This document shows, piece by piece, positions 7,924 to 16,561 of a DNA stretch of 41,214 nucleotides. This DNA comes from a virus. Lineage: Duplodnaviria > Heunggongvirae > Uroviricota > Caudoviricetes. Every line of letters begins with the position of its first letter. Within the stretch, counting starts at the first letter, position 1. The position numbers and the translations under genes were made by a program. Location of the stretch: the IMG/VR virus record IMGVR_UViG_2565956710_000004; one strand, 5' to 3'. The notes beneath the pieces are model-generated. The model saw nothing but the letters and a program-made list of their open reading frames with translations, searched no databases and was not told the origin of the DNA.

Positions 7924-8463
7924 ATGCAACCACTTACATACCAACAGACTAGCGGATTTACCCCGACTGCGGTGATAAATCGTTCTCAAACAAAACAGGC
8001 GCTAGGCCACGAAAAAATCCGTGATGCCGTTCGCGCCTGGTCGGCTGCAGATAATCAGGATGTTGTTGCCGCACTCATTGTGAATGAGTATCGGGTGCAG
8101 GGCGGCGGCACCATCGATTTCCCTGATGATGTCAGCCGTGCACGCCAGAAGCTGTTCCGCTTCCTCGATAACAAATTCGATTCTGAAAAATACCGAAATA
8201 ACGTGCGTGAACTGACCCCGGCAATTCTGGCGGTACTACCGCTGGAATATCGCGGCCACCTGGTTGAGCAGGATAGCTTCATGGCTCGGCTGGCTGAAAT
8301 GGAAAAGGAACTCAGTGAGGCAAAACAGGCTGTCATTCTCAACGCACCACGCCACCAGAAACTGAAGGAGATGAGTGAAGGCATTGTGTCGATGTTTCGT
8401 GTGGACCCGGATCTGGCTGGTCCACTGATGGCGATGGTCACCACCATGCTGGGGGCAATATGA
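7924..8463 (+). CDS. YdaT-family protein (CII-position regulator)
   Basis: 179 aa immediately after cro with AGGAG SD. Segments EYRVQGGG and TPAILAVLPLEYRGHL resemble recalled E. coli Rac YdaT (EYLRQGGG, IPAILAILPRELRHRL). Occupies the cII slot. Confidence 0.6.
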   Translation: MQPLTYQQTSGFTPTAVINRSQTKQALGHEKIRDAVRAWSAADNQDVVAALIVNEYRVQGGGTIDFPDDVSRARQKLFRFLDNKFDSEKYRNNVRELTPAILAVLPLEYRGHLVEQDSFMARLAEMEKELSEAKQAVILNAPRHQKLKEMSEGIVSMFRVDPDLAGPLMAMVTTMLGAI

Positions 8464-8549
8464 CAGGTTCAGAAATGGCGAAAGCCGGTCTGCGCGAACA
8501 GAACCGACTTTCAGGTGCAAATCGTAACACACTCATTGCGGGAGGAATT

Positions 8550-9479
8550 ATGGCAAACACTGCTGAGATATTCAATTTTCCAGTGCTGGATGTGGCACAA
8601 AAGGAGCCGCGCGTGGCAGATCTCGATGATGGTTATACGCGCATTGCAAATGAGTTGCTGGAAGCTGTAATGCTGGCCGGATTAACACAGCACCAGCTTC
8701 TGGTCTTCCTGGCTGTCATGCGCAAAACATATGGCTTTAATAAAAAACTGGATTGGGTGAGCAACGAGCAACTTTCCGAGTTGACCGGGATATTGCCGCA
8801 CAAGTGTTCTGCTGCAAAAAGCGTTCTGGTAAAGCGTGGGATTCTTATTCAGAGCGGGCGAAATATCGGCATCAATAATGTGGTCAGTGAATGGTCAACA
8901 TTACCCGAATCAGGTAAGAAAAATAAAGTTTACCTGAAGGAGGTAAATTTACCTGAATCAGGTAAGAAAAGTTTACCTAAATCAGGTAAAGGCGTTTACC
9001 CGAATCAGGTAAACACAAAAGACAAACTAACAAAAGACAATATAAAACCTTTTTCGTCCGAGAATTCTGGCGAATCCTCTGACCAGCCAGAAAACGATCT
9101 TCCTGTGGTGAAACCGGATGCTGCAATTCAGAGCGGCAGCAAGTGGGGGACAGCAGAAGACCTGACCGCCGCAGAGTGGATGTTTGACATGGTGAAGACC
9201 ATCGCGCCATCAGCCAGAAAACCGAATTTTGCAGGGTGGGCTAACGATATCCGCCTGATGCGTGAACGTGACGGACGTAACCACCGCGACATGTGTGTAC
9301 TGTTCCGCTGGGCATGCCAGGACAACTTCTGGTCCGGTAACGTGCTGAGTCCGGCCAAACTCCGCGACAAGTGGACCCAGCTCGAAATCAACCGAAACAA
9401 GCAACAGGCTGGCGTGACAGCCGGCAAACCAAAACTCGACCTGACGAACACTGACTGGATTTACGGGGTGGAGCTATGA
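8550..9479 (+). CDS. O: Replication initiator O (iteron-binding N-domain, lambda-like C-terminal P-interaction domain)
   Basis: Start MANTAEIFNF (lambda O: MTNTAKILNF) at ATG 8550 after GGAGG. C-terminal ~110 aa (...PSARKPNFAGWANDIRLMRERDGRNHRDMCVLFRWACQDNFWSGNV...DWIYGVEL) matches lambda O as recalled; N-terminal domain is diverged. Stop overlaps the P start (ATGA). Confidence 0.85.
   Translation: MANTAEIFNFPVLDVAQKEPRVADLDDGYTRIANELLEAVMLAGLTQHQLLVFLAVMRKTYGFNKKLDWVSNEQLSELTGILPHKCSAAKSVLVKRGILIQSGRNIGINNVVSEWSTLPESGKKNKVYLKEVNLPESGKKSLPKSGKGVYPNQVNTKDKLTKDNIKPFSSENSGESSDQPENDLPVVKPDAAIQSGSKWGTAEDLTAAEWMFDMVKTIAPSARKPNFAGWANDIRLMRERDGRNHRDMCVLFRWACQDNFWSGNVLSPAKLRDKWTQLEINRNKQQAGVTAGKPKLDLTNTDWIYGVEL
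8901..9014. repeat. Origin of replication iterons (4 direct repeats) embedded in O, followed by an A/T-rich tract
   Basis: Four about 18-bp repeats TTACC(C/T)(G/A)AATCAGGTAA(G/A) at 8901, 8949, 8973 and 8996, each internally palindromic (TTACC...GGTAA); AT-rich stretch 9015-9058 follows. Same architecture as lambda ori. Confidence 0.7.
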
Positions 9480-10186
9480 AAAACATCGCCGCACAGATGG
9501 TTAACTTTGACCGTGAGCAGATGCGCCGGATCGCCAATAACATGCCGGAACAGTACGACGAAAAGCCGCAGGTACAGCAGGTAGCGCAGATTATCAATGG
9601 TGTGTTCAGCCAGTTACTGGCAACTTTCCCGGCGAGCCTGGCTAACCGGGACCAGAATGAACTGAACGAAATCCGCCGCCAGTGGGTTCTGGCTTTCCGG
9701 GAAAATGGGATCACCACGATGGAACAGGTTAACGCTGGAATGCGCGTAGCCCGTCGGCAGAATCGACCATTCCTGCCATCACCCGGGCAGTTTGTCGCCT
9801 GGTGCCGGGAAGAAACATCCGTTAACGCCGGGCTGCCAAACGTCAGCGAGCTGGTTGATATGGTTTACGAGTATTGCCGGAAGCGTGGCCTGTATCCGGA
9901 TGCAGAGTCTTATCCATGGAAATCAAACGCGCACTACTGGCTGGTTACCAACCTGTACCAGAACATGCGGGCCAATGCGTTGACTGACGCGGAATTACGG
10001 CGCATGGCTGCCGATGAACTGTCCTGTATGACCGCGCGAATTAACCGTGGTGAAGCGATCCCTGAACCGGTGAAACAACTTCCTGTCATGGGCGGCAGGC
10101 CGCTTAATCGTGTTCAGAGCTTGGAAAAAATTAAACAATTGCGTGCTAAACATGGATTATGTAGAGGGAAAAGGTTTAGTGGATGA
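9476..10186 (+). CDS. P: Replication protein P (DnaB helicase loader)
   Basis: 236 aa; MKNIAAQMVNFDREQMRRIANNMPEQYDEKPQVQQVAQIINGVFSQLLATFPASLANRDQNE... is near-identical to lambda P; only the last about 25 aa diverge. Confidence 0.95.
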   Translation: MKNIAAQMVNFDREQMRRIANNMPEQYDEKPQVQQVAQIINGVFSQLLATFPASLANRDQNELNEIRRQWVLAFRENGITTMEQVNAGMRVARRQNRPFLPSPGQFVAWCREETSVNAGLPNVSELVDMVYEYCRKRGLYPDAESYPWKSNAHYWLVTNLYQNMRANALTDAELRRMAADELSCMTARINRGEAIPEPVKQLPVMGGRPLNRVQSLEKIKQLRAKHGLCRGKRFSG

Positions 10187-10224
10187 AAGTAATGAGGTGA
10201 TTTCCTTCTCTCCCACACTTCAAA

Positions 10225-10262
10225 AGATAGAGTTTATTATTTGAATTTACTATAATTTACTG
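10225..10262 (+). promoter_or_regulatory. Candidate sigma70 promoter for the MPP-HAD cassette
   Basis: Perfect TATAAT at 10251-10256 in an A/T-rich stretch about 50 bp upstream of the cassette start; -35 is poor (TAGAGT at 17-bp spacing, or TTGAAT too close). Confidence 0.3.
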
Positions 10263-10309
10263 ATAAAACAAAAGAATTGTAGAGCAATTTTCATTTGAGG
10301 ATGAAGTAA

Positions 10310-11956
10310 ATGTGTGAAACCTATATTTTTAGGTTCCGTGACCTAGGAAAAAGTGAAGGATTTACCATCGAGCAACACAATAAAATTGCTCGCCAAGAAG
10401 GGAATGTTTGGTGGGGGTGGTGGGCTAAATCTGGTGAGCGTTTCCCATCACTGGAACTAAAAAATGCGGCAGAAAAAAATAAACAAATATATTTTTTTGA
10501 TTCAGGGCGGCTTAAATTTTATACCGCTGTATTAAAGGATACTTGCTCGTCAGCTTTAGGGGATATAAAAAAGCAATCTCCTAAGGATGGTCGCAGAACC
10601 CCAGCATATTATAATGAGAATGAGTTGCTGGGATGGTTAAATGTTTCTGAGATTACAGAAATTGATGCTTGTGATATCCTCAAAAAATTCACATATATTC
10701 CATTGGATGCATTGTTTGCAGGTAATAAAGATTTAGATGAGCAACTTTTCAACAAAATTGTCTTTTCTTCAGCTGAATTAAAAAAACAAGATAGAACTAT
10801 TTGGAAGATTAGACCTGCAAATGATAAAGATTTACAGCATGAGTCATTAGCATCTCATTATGTTCCTTATAATTTCAGTCGGAAGTATAGCCAAAAAAAA
10901 GGGGAGTTTATAATTTGGCTTTCGGATATTCATTTTGATGGCGGAAATGGGAAACATGCATTTCCGACACAAGATAATGATCAGCTAAAATGTTTATCCT
11001 CTCGAGTGGTGGAGTTGGCTGGAAAATATAATAATGGGAGTAAATGTGCTGGGTTGGCTATTTCAGGTGATTTGACGTGGCAGTCACAGAAAGAGGGATT
11101 CGAGCAAGCTTTGAATTTTATCAAAGATGTTAGTTCTTCTCTTAGCCTGACAACGGATGATATAATTATTTGTCCTGGGAATCACGATGTAGGTCTGGTT
11201 TCTAAAGATGAGTACTTTAAAATCGTGGGTAAGCCTGTAACGGATAAACCATGGAAAATTCTGGCGGAAAACTACCATAGAGAAAGTAAACTTAATTATA
11301 TAAAATTTTATCGAGATTTTTTTCAAAGGGAACCTGAAGAAAATTTATCACAAGGAAGGAAATTTTTACTAGGTGGCCATAAAGTTGTTGAAATAGCCGC
11401 ATTGAACTCATGCGTATTACAACAAGTAAAAGATTCATTTTTGGGCATGGGATTTGTCGGTGAGCAACAACTCAGTGATGTTGCAAAATCTATGGGATGG
11501 ATGAATGATAGCGGAGGAGATATACTCAAAAAGAAAGGTGTTATAAGAATTGCTATGCTTCACCATCACCTAACTTCTATTAATGAAGTTGAAGATGCCT
11601 ATCTTGATTCAAGATATAGTGTAACATTAGATGCAGAGCGATTATTACGTTGGGTAGTAAGGCATAAAGTTGATTATATTCTGCATGGTCATATGCACAG
11701 AAGTAGTTCTATTACAATAACAAAAAAACTATCTCCGTTAGAACCAGTGACGGATTCAAATCCTGAACATACATTCCAAATTGTTTCTTTGGGAAGTTCA
11801 GGAGTTGTTAGTTCGGAATTGCCAAGTCAGGATTGTGCTAACTATGCATGCGTACTGGATTTTTCTGGCGAAAAGCTAACTTTTAATTTTTTCAAGCTTG
11901 ATAAACAGAGCGGAGAAAAAGTGGCGGCTACTTATATTGTTGAAGGTTTATTATGA
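10310..11956 (+). CDS. Calcineurin-like metallophosphoesterase with unknown about 190-aa N-terminal domain (cargo gene)
   Basis: 548 aa, ATG preceded by GAGGA. Full set of metallophosphoesterase motifs in order: D-x-H (WLSDIHFDGGNG), GD (ISGDLTW), GNHD (CPGNHDVG), H (MLHHHL), GHxH (LHGHMH). Lacks the GDxHG / GDxVDRG / GNHE signature of PPP-type Ser/Thr phosphatases such as lambda NinI. AT-rich codon usage. Confidence 0.75.
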   Translation: MCETYIFRFRDLGKSEGFTIEQHNKIARQEGNVWWGWWAKSGERFPSLELKNAAEKNKQIYFFDSGRLKFYTAVLKDTCSSALGDIKKQSPKDGRRTPAYYNENELLGWLNVSEITEIDACDILKKFTYIPLDALFAGNKDLDEQLFNKIVFSSAELKKQDRTIWKIRPANDKDLQHESLASHYVPYNFSRKYSQKKGEFIIWLSDIHFDGGNGKHAFPTQDNDQLKCLSSRVVELAGKYNNGSKCAGLAISGDLTWQSQKEGFEQALNFIKDVSSSLSLTTDDIIICPGNHDVGLVSKDEYFKIVGKPVTDKPWKILAENYHRESKLNYIKFYRDFFQREPEENLSQGRKFLLGGHKVVEIAALNSCVLQQVKDSFLGMGFVGEQQLSDVAKSMGWMNDSGGDILKKKGVIRIAMLHHHLTSINEVEDAYLDSRYSVTLDAERLLRWVVRHKVDYILHGHMHRSSSITITKKLSPLEPVTDSNPEHTFQIVSLGSSGVVSSELPSQDCANYACVLDFSGEKLTFNFFKLDKQSGEKVAATYIVEGLL

Positions 11957-12789
11957 AATTACTTATTACTGATTTGGATAATACACTGTACGATTGGGTG
12001 AGTTTTTACTCCCAGTCATTTAGTGCCATGGCAGAGCAATTATCTAAGGATATTGATGTGCCTTTGGATACGCTCCTGTCAGAATATAAAACAATTCATC
12101 AGAAGTTTGGTAACTCAGAAAAACCATTTGCTACTTTAGAGCTACCATCTGTGATATCTTACTTTGGAACTAATGATAAAACGATTTTGCAGGAAAGACT
12201 TACTAATGTTTTTCAGGCGTTTAGCACAAAACGTAACCAGACATTAATGTTGTATCCTACTGTAAAAGAAACGCTGGAATTATTGAAGAAACGGGGGGTA
12301 AAAATCGTAGGGCATACTGAAGCTTTGGAGTTTAATTCTTTATATCGTCTGAATAAGCTTGGTATAATTGATTTTTTTGATCATCTTTATACATTAGAAG
12401 ATATTCATAATATCCACCCGAATCCCAAAAATGCAAAAAAAATACCTGTGAAGGATGACTTTGTAATTAGATTGTCCTGCGCTGAGTCAAAGCCAAACCC
12501 TAAATTGCTTGAGCACATATGTTCTTTTGAAGGAGTTAGTGTTGAAGATGCAGTATACATTGGCGATTCTATAACTAAAGATATGTCCATGGCTAAAGCT
12601 GTGGGGGTTACTGCTGTTTGGGCTAATTATGGGCGACAGTTTTCACCTGAATTGTGGAAAGTTTTAGTGAAAATCACACACTGGAAAGATGCAGATGTGG
12701 AGAGGGAGGAACAACTTAGAAAAGCATTCTCCAATGTTAGACCTGATTATGTTGTTAATAGTTTTTCAGAGCTGCTGAATTTGAAATGA
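11953..12789 (+). CDS. HAD-superfamily hydrolase (phosphatase-type motifs) (cargo gene)
   Basis: 278 aa; start overlaps the upstream stop (ATGA). HAD motif I DLDNTL (residues 7-12, DxDxT), motif III Lys in ESKPNP, motif IV GDSITKD (GDxxxD). Confidence 0.75.
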   Translation: MKLLITDLDNTLYDWVSFYSQSFSAMAEQLSKDIDVPLDTLLSEYKTIHQKFGNSEKPFATLELPSVISYFGTNDKTILQERLTNVFQAFSTKRNQTLMLYPTVKETLELLKKRGVKIVGHTEALEFNSLYRLNKLGIIDFFDHLYTLEDIHNIHPNPKNAKKIPVKDDFVIRLSCAESKPNPKLLEHICSFEGVSVEDAVYIGDSITKDMSMAKAVGVTAVWANYGRQFSPELWKVLVKITHWKDADVEREEQLRKAFSNVRPDYVVNSFSELLNLK

Positions 12790-12799
12790 GCATGTGCAG

Positions 12800-12831
12800 G
12801 CTCCAAATTTTTAATGATTTGGAGCTCTTTA
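12800..12831 (+). terminator. Rho-independent terminator after the MPP-HAD cassette
   Basis: 9-bp perfect stem GCTCCAAAT (12800-12808) / ATTTGGAGC (12817-12825), 8-nt loop, then TCTTTA; begins 10 nt after the HAD stop. Confidence 0.6.
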
Positions 12832-13380
12832 TGGGGTTATTTTTTAATTTGGTGATTTTTCCCAATGTTGAGATGTTGTTGAACTCGTGAGTTATATTTA
12901 ACGTATTTGATGTTAATGAAATAATAATATCACAATGCAAGCTCCCTGCATTTTCTTGTAGGGGGCATGCTATTTAGAATAAGCTTATGGTCAAGATTAA
13001 ATTATGAACTGCTATTTTGATGGGCTGTTTATTATATTGGGGTTGTTTTCTTTTTGAGTTTTTATGGTTGAGATGAACGTTTGTTAAATGTTTTAATACC
13101 CTTTGTTACAACATTCATCATTTTTACTGTTTACTATCATGATGTTAGACTGAAATTATTAATTTGTGAAACTAATCATCTAATTTAACAATACAAAATT
13201 GAGATCCAATAATCAAAATGCCATAATCACGTCATCGGAGCCTGAACAACTCCGGTGACTTCTGCGCTAAACGGGGACGTTTATGCGCACATACAATCTA
13301 AACTCTCTTCTCTCTTCACAGATGCAGAAATGCACCTGCGATTCTTTGCATCCAACGTTTGACCTCTGCGGAGGTGAAGC

Positions 13381-13836
13381 GTGAACCTCCCACAAGACGG
13401 CATCAAATTACATCGCGGCAACTTCACCGCTATCGGCCAGCAGATCCAGCCTTATCTGGAGGACGGAAAATGCTTTCGCATGGTGCTTAAACCGTGGCGT
13501 GAGAAACGCAGTCTTTCCCAGAATGCACTCAGCCACATGTGGTACAGCGAAATCAGTGAATACCTCATCAGCAGGGGGAAATCGTTCGCTACCGCAGCAT
13601 GGGTAAAAGATGCTCTCAAACACACATACCTCGGTTATGAAACCAAGGACCTGGTTGATGTCGTAACCGGCGAAATCACTACTATCCAGTCGTTACGCCA
13701 TACCTCCGATCTTGATACCGGAGAGATGTATGTCTTCCTGTGTAAGGTTGAAGCCTGGGCGATGAATATTGGCTGCCACCTGACTATTCCGCAGAGCTGC
13801 GAGTTCCAGCTGCTGCGCGACAAGCAGGAGGCGTAA
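13381..13836 (+). CDS. ninB: NinB-family recombination protein
   Basis: 151 aa, GTG start after GGAGGTG; motif [17 protein letters not shown] parallels lambda NinB RSLDQNRKLWACLGDVS; first gene of the nin region. Confidence 0.8.
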   Translation: MNLPQDGIKLHRGNFTAIGQQIQPYLEDGKCFRMVLKPWREKRSLSQNALSHMWYSEISEYLISRGKSFATAAWVKDALKHTYLGYETKDLVDVVTGEITTIQSLRHTSDLDTGEMYVFLCKVEAWAMNIGCHLTIPQSCEFQLLRDKQEA

Positions 13837-14006
13837 TGGCTACACCGCTTATTCGTGTCATGAACGGACACATCTACAGAGTACCAAATCGTCGTAAGCG
13901 TAAGCCTGAGCTGAAACCATCCGAAATACCAACACTGCTCGGATATACCGCCAGCCTGGTTGATAAAAAATGGTTGCGACTGGCAGCAAGGAGGAATCAT
14001 GGCTGA
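13836..14006 (+). CDS. ninE: NinE-like small protein (not in ORF track, 56 aa)
   Basis: ATG 13836 overlaps the ninB stop (TAATG) after AGGAGG; translation [56 protein letters not shown] resembles lambda NinE (...[37 protein letters not shown]). Confidence 0.5.
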   Translation: MATPLIRVMNGHIYRVPNRRKRKPELKPSEIPTLLGYTASLVDKKWLRLAARRNHG

Positions 14007-14289
14007 TTTGAGAAAAGCAGCGCGTGGTCGGGAATGCCAGGTAAGAATCCCTGGCGTATGTAATGGCAATCCTGAAACGTCTGTACTGGCACATATCCGG
14101 CTGGCTGGATTGTGCGGTACCGGTATCAAACCGCCAGACCTGATTGCCACCATTGCATGTTCTGCCTGTCACGACGAAATCGACCGCCGCACACATTTTG
14201 TCGATGCTGAGTATGCAAAAGAATGCGCGCTGGAAGGTATGGCGAGAACGCAGGTTATCTGGCTGAAAGAGGGGGTAATCAAGGCGTGA
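13999..14289 (+). CDS. ybcO: YbcO-like Cys-rich nin-region protein (DUF1364-type as recalled)
   Basis: 96 aa from ATG 13999 (AAGGAGG SD): [34 protein letters not shown]...[11 protein letters not shown], cysteine/histidine-rich. Resembles recalled DLP12 YbcO and sits between ninE and rusA as in DLP12. Confidence 0.55.
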   Translation: MADLRKAARGRECQVRIPGVCNGNPETSVLAHIRLAGLCGTGIKPPDLIATIACSACHDEIDRRTHFVDAEYAKECALEGMARTQVIWLKEGVIKA

Positions 14290-14648
14290 ATACTTACTAC
14301 ATCACACTACCCTGGCCGCCGAGCAATAACCGCTACTACCGCCATAATCGCGGGCGCACGCACATCAGCGCAGAGGGGCAGGCATACCGCGATAACGTCG
14401 CCCGAATCATCAAAGGCTCCATGCTGGATATCGGCCTGGCTATGCCAGTGAAAATCCGCATTGAGTGCCACATGCCGGATCGCCGTCGCCGTGACCTGGA
14501 TAATCTGCAAAAAGCCGTTTTTGATGCACTCACCAAAGCAGGTTTCTGGCTGGATGATGCTCAGGTCGTTGATTACCGCGTTGTGAAGATGCCTGTTACC
14601 AAAGGTGGGAGGCTGGAACTGACCATCACCGAAATGGGGAATGAATGA
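14286..14648 (+). CDS. rusA: Holliday junction resolvase RusA
   Basis: 120 aa from GTG 14286 (overlapping the ybcO-like stop): [42 protein letters not shown]...[22 protein letters not shown], near-identical to E. coli RusA as recalled. Confidence 0.9.
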   Translation: MNTYYITLPWPPSNNRYYRHNRGRTHISAEGQAYRDNVARIIKGSMLDIGLAMPVKIRIECHMPDRRRRDLDNLQKAVFDALTKAGFWLDDAQVVDYRVVKMPVTKGGRLELTITEMGNE

Positions 14649-14785
14649 TGTTTGAGTTTTATATGGCAGAATTTCTTCGCTACTGCTGGATATGCCTGCG
14701 CTTATATCGTTTCCTTGGTTCTGTTTTGACCGATTACCGGATACTGAAGAATTACGCCAAAACACTGAAAGGAGCTGCCGCATGA
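14645..14785 (+). CDS. ylcG: YlcG-like small protein (46 aa, not in ORF track)
   Basis: ATG 14645 overlaps the rusA stop; stop TGA 14783-14785 overlaps the Q start (ATGA). Translation [46 protein letters not shown]; rusA-ylcG-Q order as in DLP12. Confidence 0.45.
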   Translation: MMFEFYMAEFLRYCWICLRLYRFLGSVLTDYRILKNYAKTLKGAAA

Positions 14786-15471
14786 ATACCCAATATTTAC
14801 AGTATGTCCGCGAGCAACTCATTGTGGCTACCGCTGATTTGAGCGGAGCAACGAAAGGCCAGCTTGAAGCCTGGCTGGAGCATGCACAATTTGATACTGG
14901 TACATACAAACGAAGGAAGCCGCGCATTCTGGATGAGGTAACTGGCAGAATGATTATGCTGGATAATCCGCTGATTTCCGGTAAGCAGTCGTACGCAAAA
15001 GGTTCATCCATTGCACTGGTCAGCCAGGTTGAGTTCTCAACCTCGTCATGGCGCCGCGCGGTTCTGTCTCTCGATGAACATCAGAAAGCGTGGTTGCTGT
15101 GGAGTTACAGCGAAAGTGTTCGCTGGGAGCATCAGGTTGCCATAACGCAGTGGGCATGGAACGAGTTTAAGACTCTGTTAGGTACAAGAAAAATTGCCAG
15201 TAAGACACTGGAACGCTTAAAGAAGTTGATCTGGCTGGCAGCACAGGATGTGAAGAGCGAGCTGGCTGGACGTGAGACTTATGAATACCGGGAACTGGCA
15301 TCACTGGTGGGAGTGACATCAAAAAACTGGTCTGAGACATTCACTGAACGCTGGGTTGCAATGAAGCACATTTTTCTACAGCTTGATAGCGAAGCTTTAT
15401 TGCTTGTAACGAGAACACGTTCAAAGCAAAAGGCGACATTTTCACAGCAAAGTATTGCAAAACTGGATTAA
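14782..15471 (+). CDS. Q: Putative late-gene antiterminator Q (non-lambda type)
   Basis: 229 aa from ATG 14782 (AAAGGAG SD), last gene before the late promoter/terminator region and lysis cassette. No similarity to lambda Q; call is from position and size. Confidence 0.55.
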   Translation: MNTQYLQYVREQLIVATADLSGATKGQLEAWLEHAQFDTGTYKRRKPRILDEVTGRMIMLDNPLISGKQSYAKGSSIALVSQVEFSTSSWRRAVLSLDEHQKAWLLWSYSESVRWEHQVAITQWAWNEFKTLLGTRKIASKTLERLKKLIWLAAQDVKSELAGRETYEYRELASLVGVTSKNWSETFTERWVAMKHIFLQLDSEALLLVTRTRSKQKATFSQQSIAKLD

Positions 15472-15642
15472 AAAGCATATATTTCATGTAAATCTGATAT
15501 TCTGCCAATGTTGTACGCACTGGCAGTAATCCAAATTCAAGCCCGAGGTTTAAAACTTTGGGCTTTTCTGTTTCTGGACGGTGAGTAGCCTTCCAACCTA
15601 CCCCAGCCAGGGTGTCTTCAGCTGTTGAGTTGATATTGCTTA
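15472..15642 (+). promoter_or_regulatory. Putative late promoter (pR'-like) and leader with pause hairpin
   Basis: Non-coding stretch between Q and the holin; hairpin AAGCCC-N15-GGGCTT (15539-15565) followed by TTCTGTTTC. Located where pR'/qut and the short late leader RNA lie in lambdoid phages. Confidence 0.3.
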
Positions 15643-15666
15643 ACCCTCTGTTGCCAGCTACATGCT
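15643..15666 (+). terminator. Rho-independent terminator (tR'-like) upstream of lysis genes
   Basis: Stem GCCAGC (15643-15648) / GCTGGC (15654-15659), 5-nt loop TACAT, then TTTTTTATT; the Q-antiterminated terminator is expected here. Confidence 0.6.
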
Positions 15667-15792
15667 GGCTTTTTTATTCCAGGCTTGCGGGGAGCATCAA
15701 CTCCGTGCTTTGTCGTTAAATTACCCCGTGAGCCTAATTTCTGACATTTAACGTCCCGACCTTTTGTCGGCGGCGAAACATTGGCTATTCAT

Positions 15793-16098
15793 ATGCACGA
15801 AAAAGAGAGCCTTGCCGGAGCGTTCTGGCTCGTTTTGCTGATCATCGCAGGTTGGGGCGGTCTGGTCCGCTACCTGATAGATGTGAAGCAGAGTAAAGCA
15901 ACGTGGAGCTGGATAAATGCTCTGGCTCAGATAGTGGTATCGGGATTCACCGGTGTTATTGGTGGCCTGATCAGTATCGAAAGTGGATTCAGCATTTACA
16001 TGATTCTCGCGACGGCGGGGATTAGTGGTGCGATGGGTTCGGTTGCACTGACGTACTTCTGGGAACGACTGATAGGGGTGAAAAATGCAAAATATTAA
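15793..16098 (+). CDS. Putative holin (3 TM segments), not lambda S
   Basis: About 101 aa directly upstream of and overlapping the endolysin gene; three hydrophobic segments (AFWLVLLIIAGWGGLV, ALAQIVVSGFTGVIGGLISI, IYMILATAGISGAMGSVALTYF). Start uncertain (TTG 15781 or ATG 15793). Confidence 0.55.
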   Translation: MHEKESLAGAFWLVLLIIAGWGGLVRYLIDVKQSKATWSWINALAQIVVSGFTGVIGGLISIESGFSIYMILATAGISGAMGSVALTYFWERLIGVKNAKY

Positions 16099-16561
16099 TC
16101 CTCAGCGTAAAGCTTTCCTCGATATGTTGGCGTGGTCAGAAGGAACGGATAACGGACGGCAACCGACACGTAACCACGGTTATGACGTTATTGTCGGTGG
16201 CGAACTATTCACTGATTACTCCGATCACCCTCGAAAACTTGTCACGCTAAACCCCAAACTCAAATCAACAGCAGCAGGGCGTTACCAGCTTCTTTCCCGT
16301 TGGTGGGATGCTTACCGTAAACAGCTTGGTTTGAAAGACTTCTCCCCCAAAAGCCAGGACGCAGTGGCATTACAGCAGATTAAAGAGCGTGGTGCTTTAC
16401 CGATGATTGATCGCGGTGATATCCGTCAGGCAATCGACCGTTGCAGCAATATCTGGGCTTCACTGCCGGGCGCTGGTTATGGTCAGTTCGAGCATAAGGC
16501 TGACAGCCTGATTGCAAAATTCAAAGAAGCTGGCGGAACGCTCAGAGAGAGTGAGGTATGA
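16085..16561 (+). CDS. R: Endolysin R (lytic transglycosylase)
   Basis: 158 aa; ...[56 protein letters not shown]... is near-identical to lambda R. Confidence 0.95.
   Translation: MQNINPQRKAFLDMLAWSEGTDNGRQPTRNHGYDVIVGGELFTDYSDHPRKLVTLNPKLKSTAAGRYQLLSRWWDAYRKQLGLKDFSPKSQDAVALQQIKERGALPMIDRGDIRQAIDRCSNIWASLPGAGYGQFEHKADSLIAKFKEAGGTLRESEV

Noticed and set aside
8901-9014. Four regularly spaced about 18-bp repeats that could be taken for a mini CRISPR array
   Set aside because: The repeats lie in-frame inside the O gene (encoding the ...PESGKK... repeat), are internally palindromic and are followed by an AT-rich tract, which is the signature of lambdoid ori iterons. There are no unique spacers of CRISPR length and no leader.
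10310-11956. Calling the 548-aa phosphoesterase a NinI-type Ser/Thr protein phosphatase
   Set aside because: It lacks the PPP signatures GDxHG / GDxVDRG / GNHE, is more than twice the size of lambda NinI, and lies upstream of ninB rather than in the ninI slot.
15472-15780. Possible tRNA gene between Q and the holin (some lambdoid phages carry tRNAs here)
   Set aside because: No cloverleaf-compatible sequence found by eye; the structured elements present are better explained as pause/terminator hairpins.
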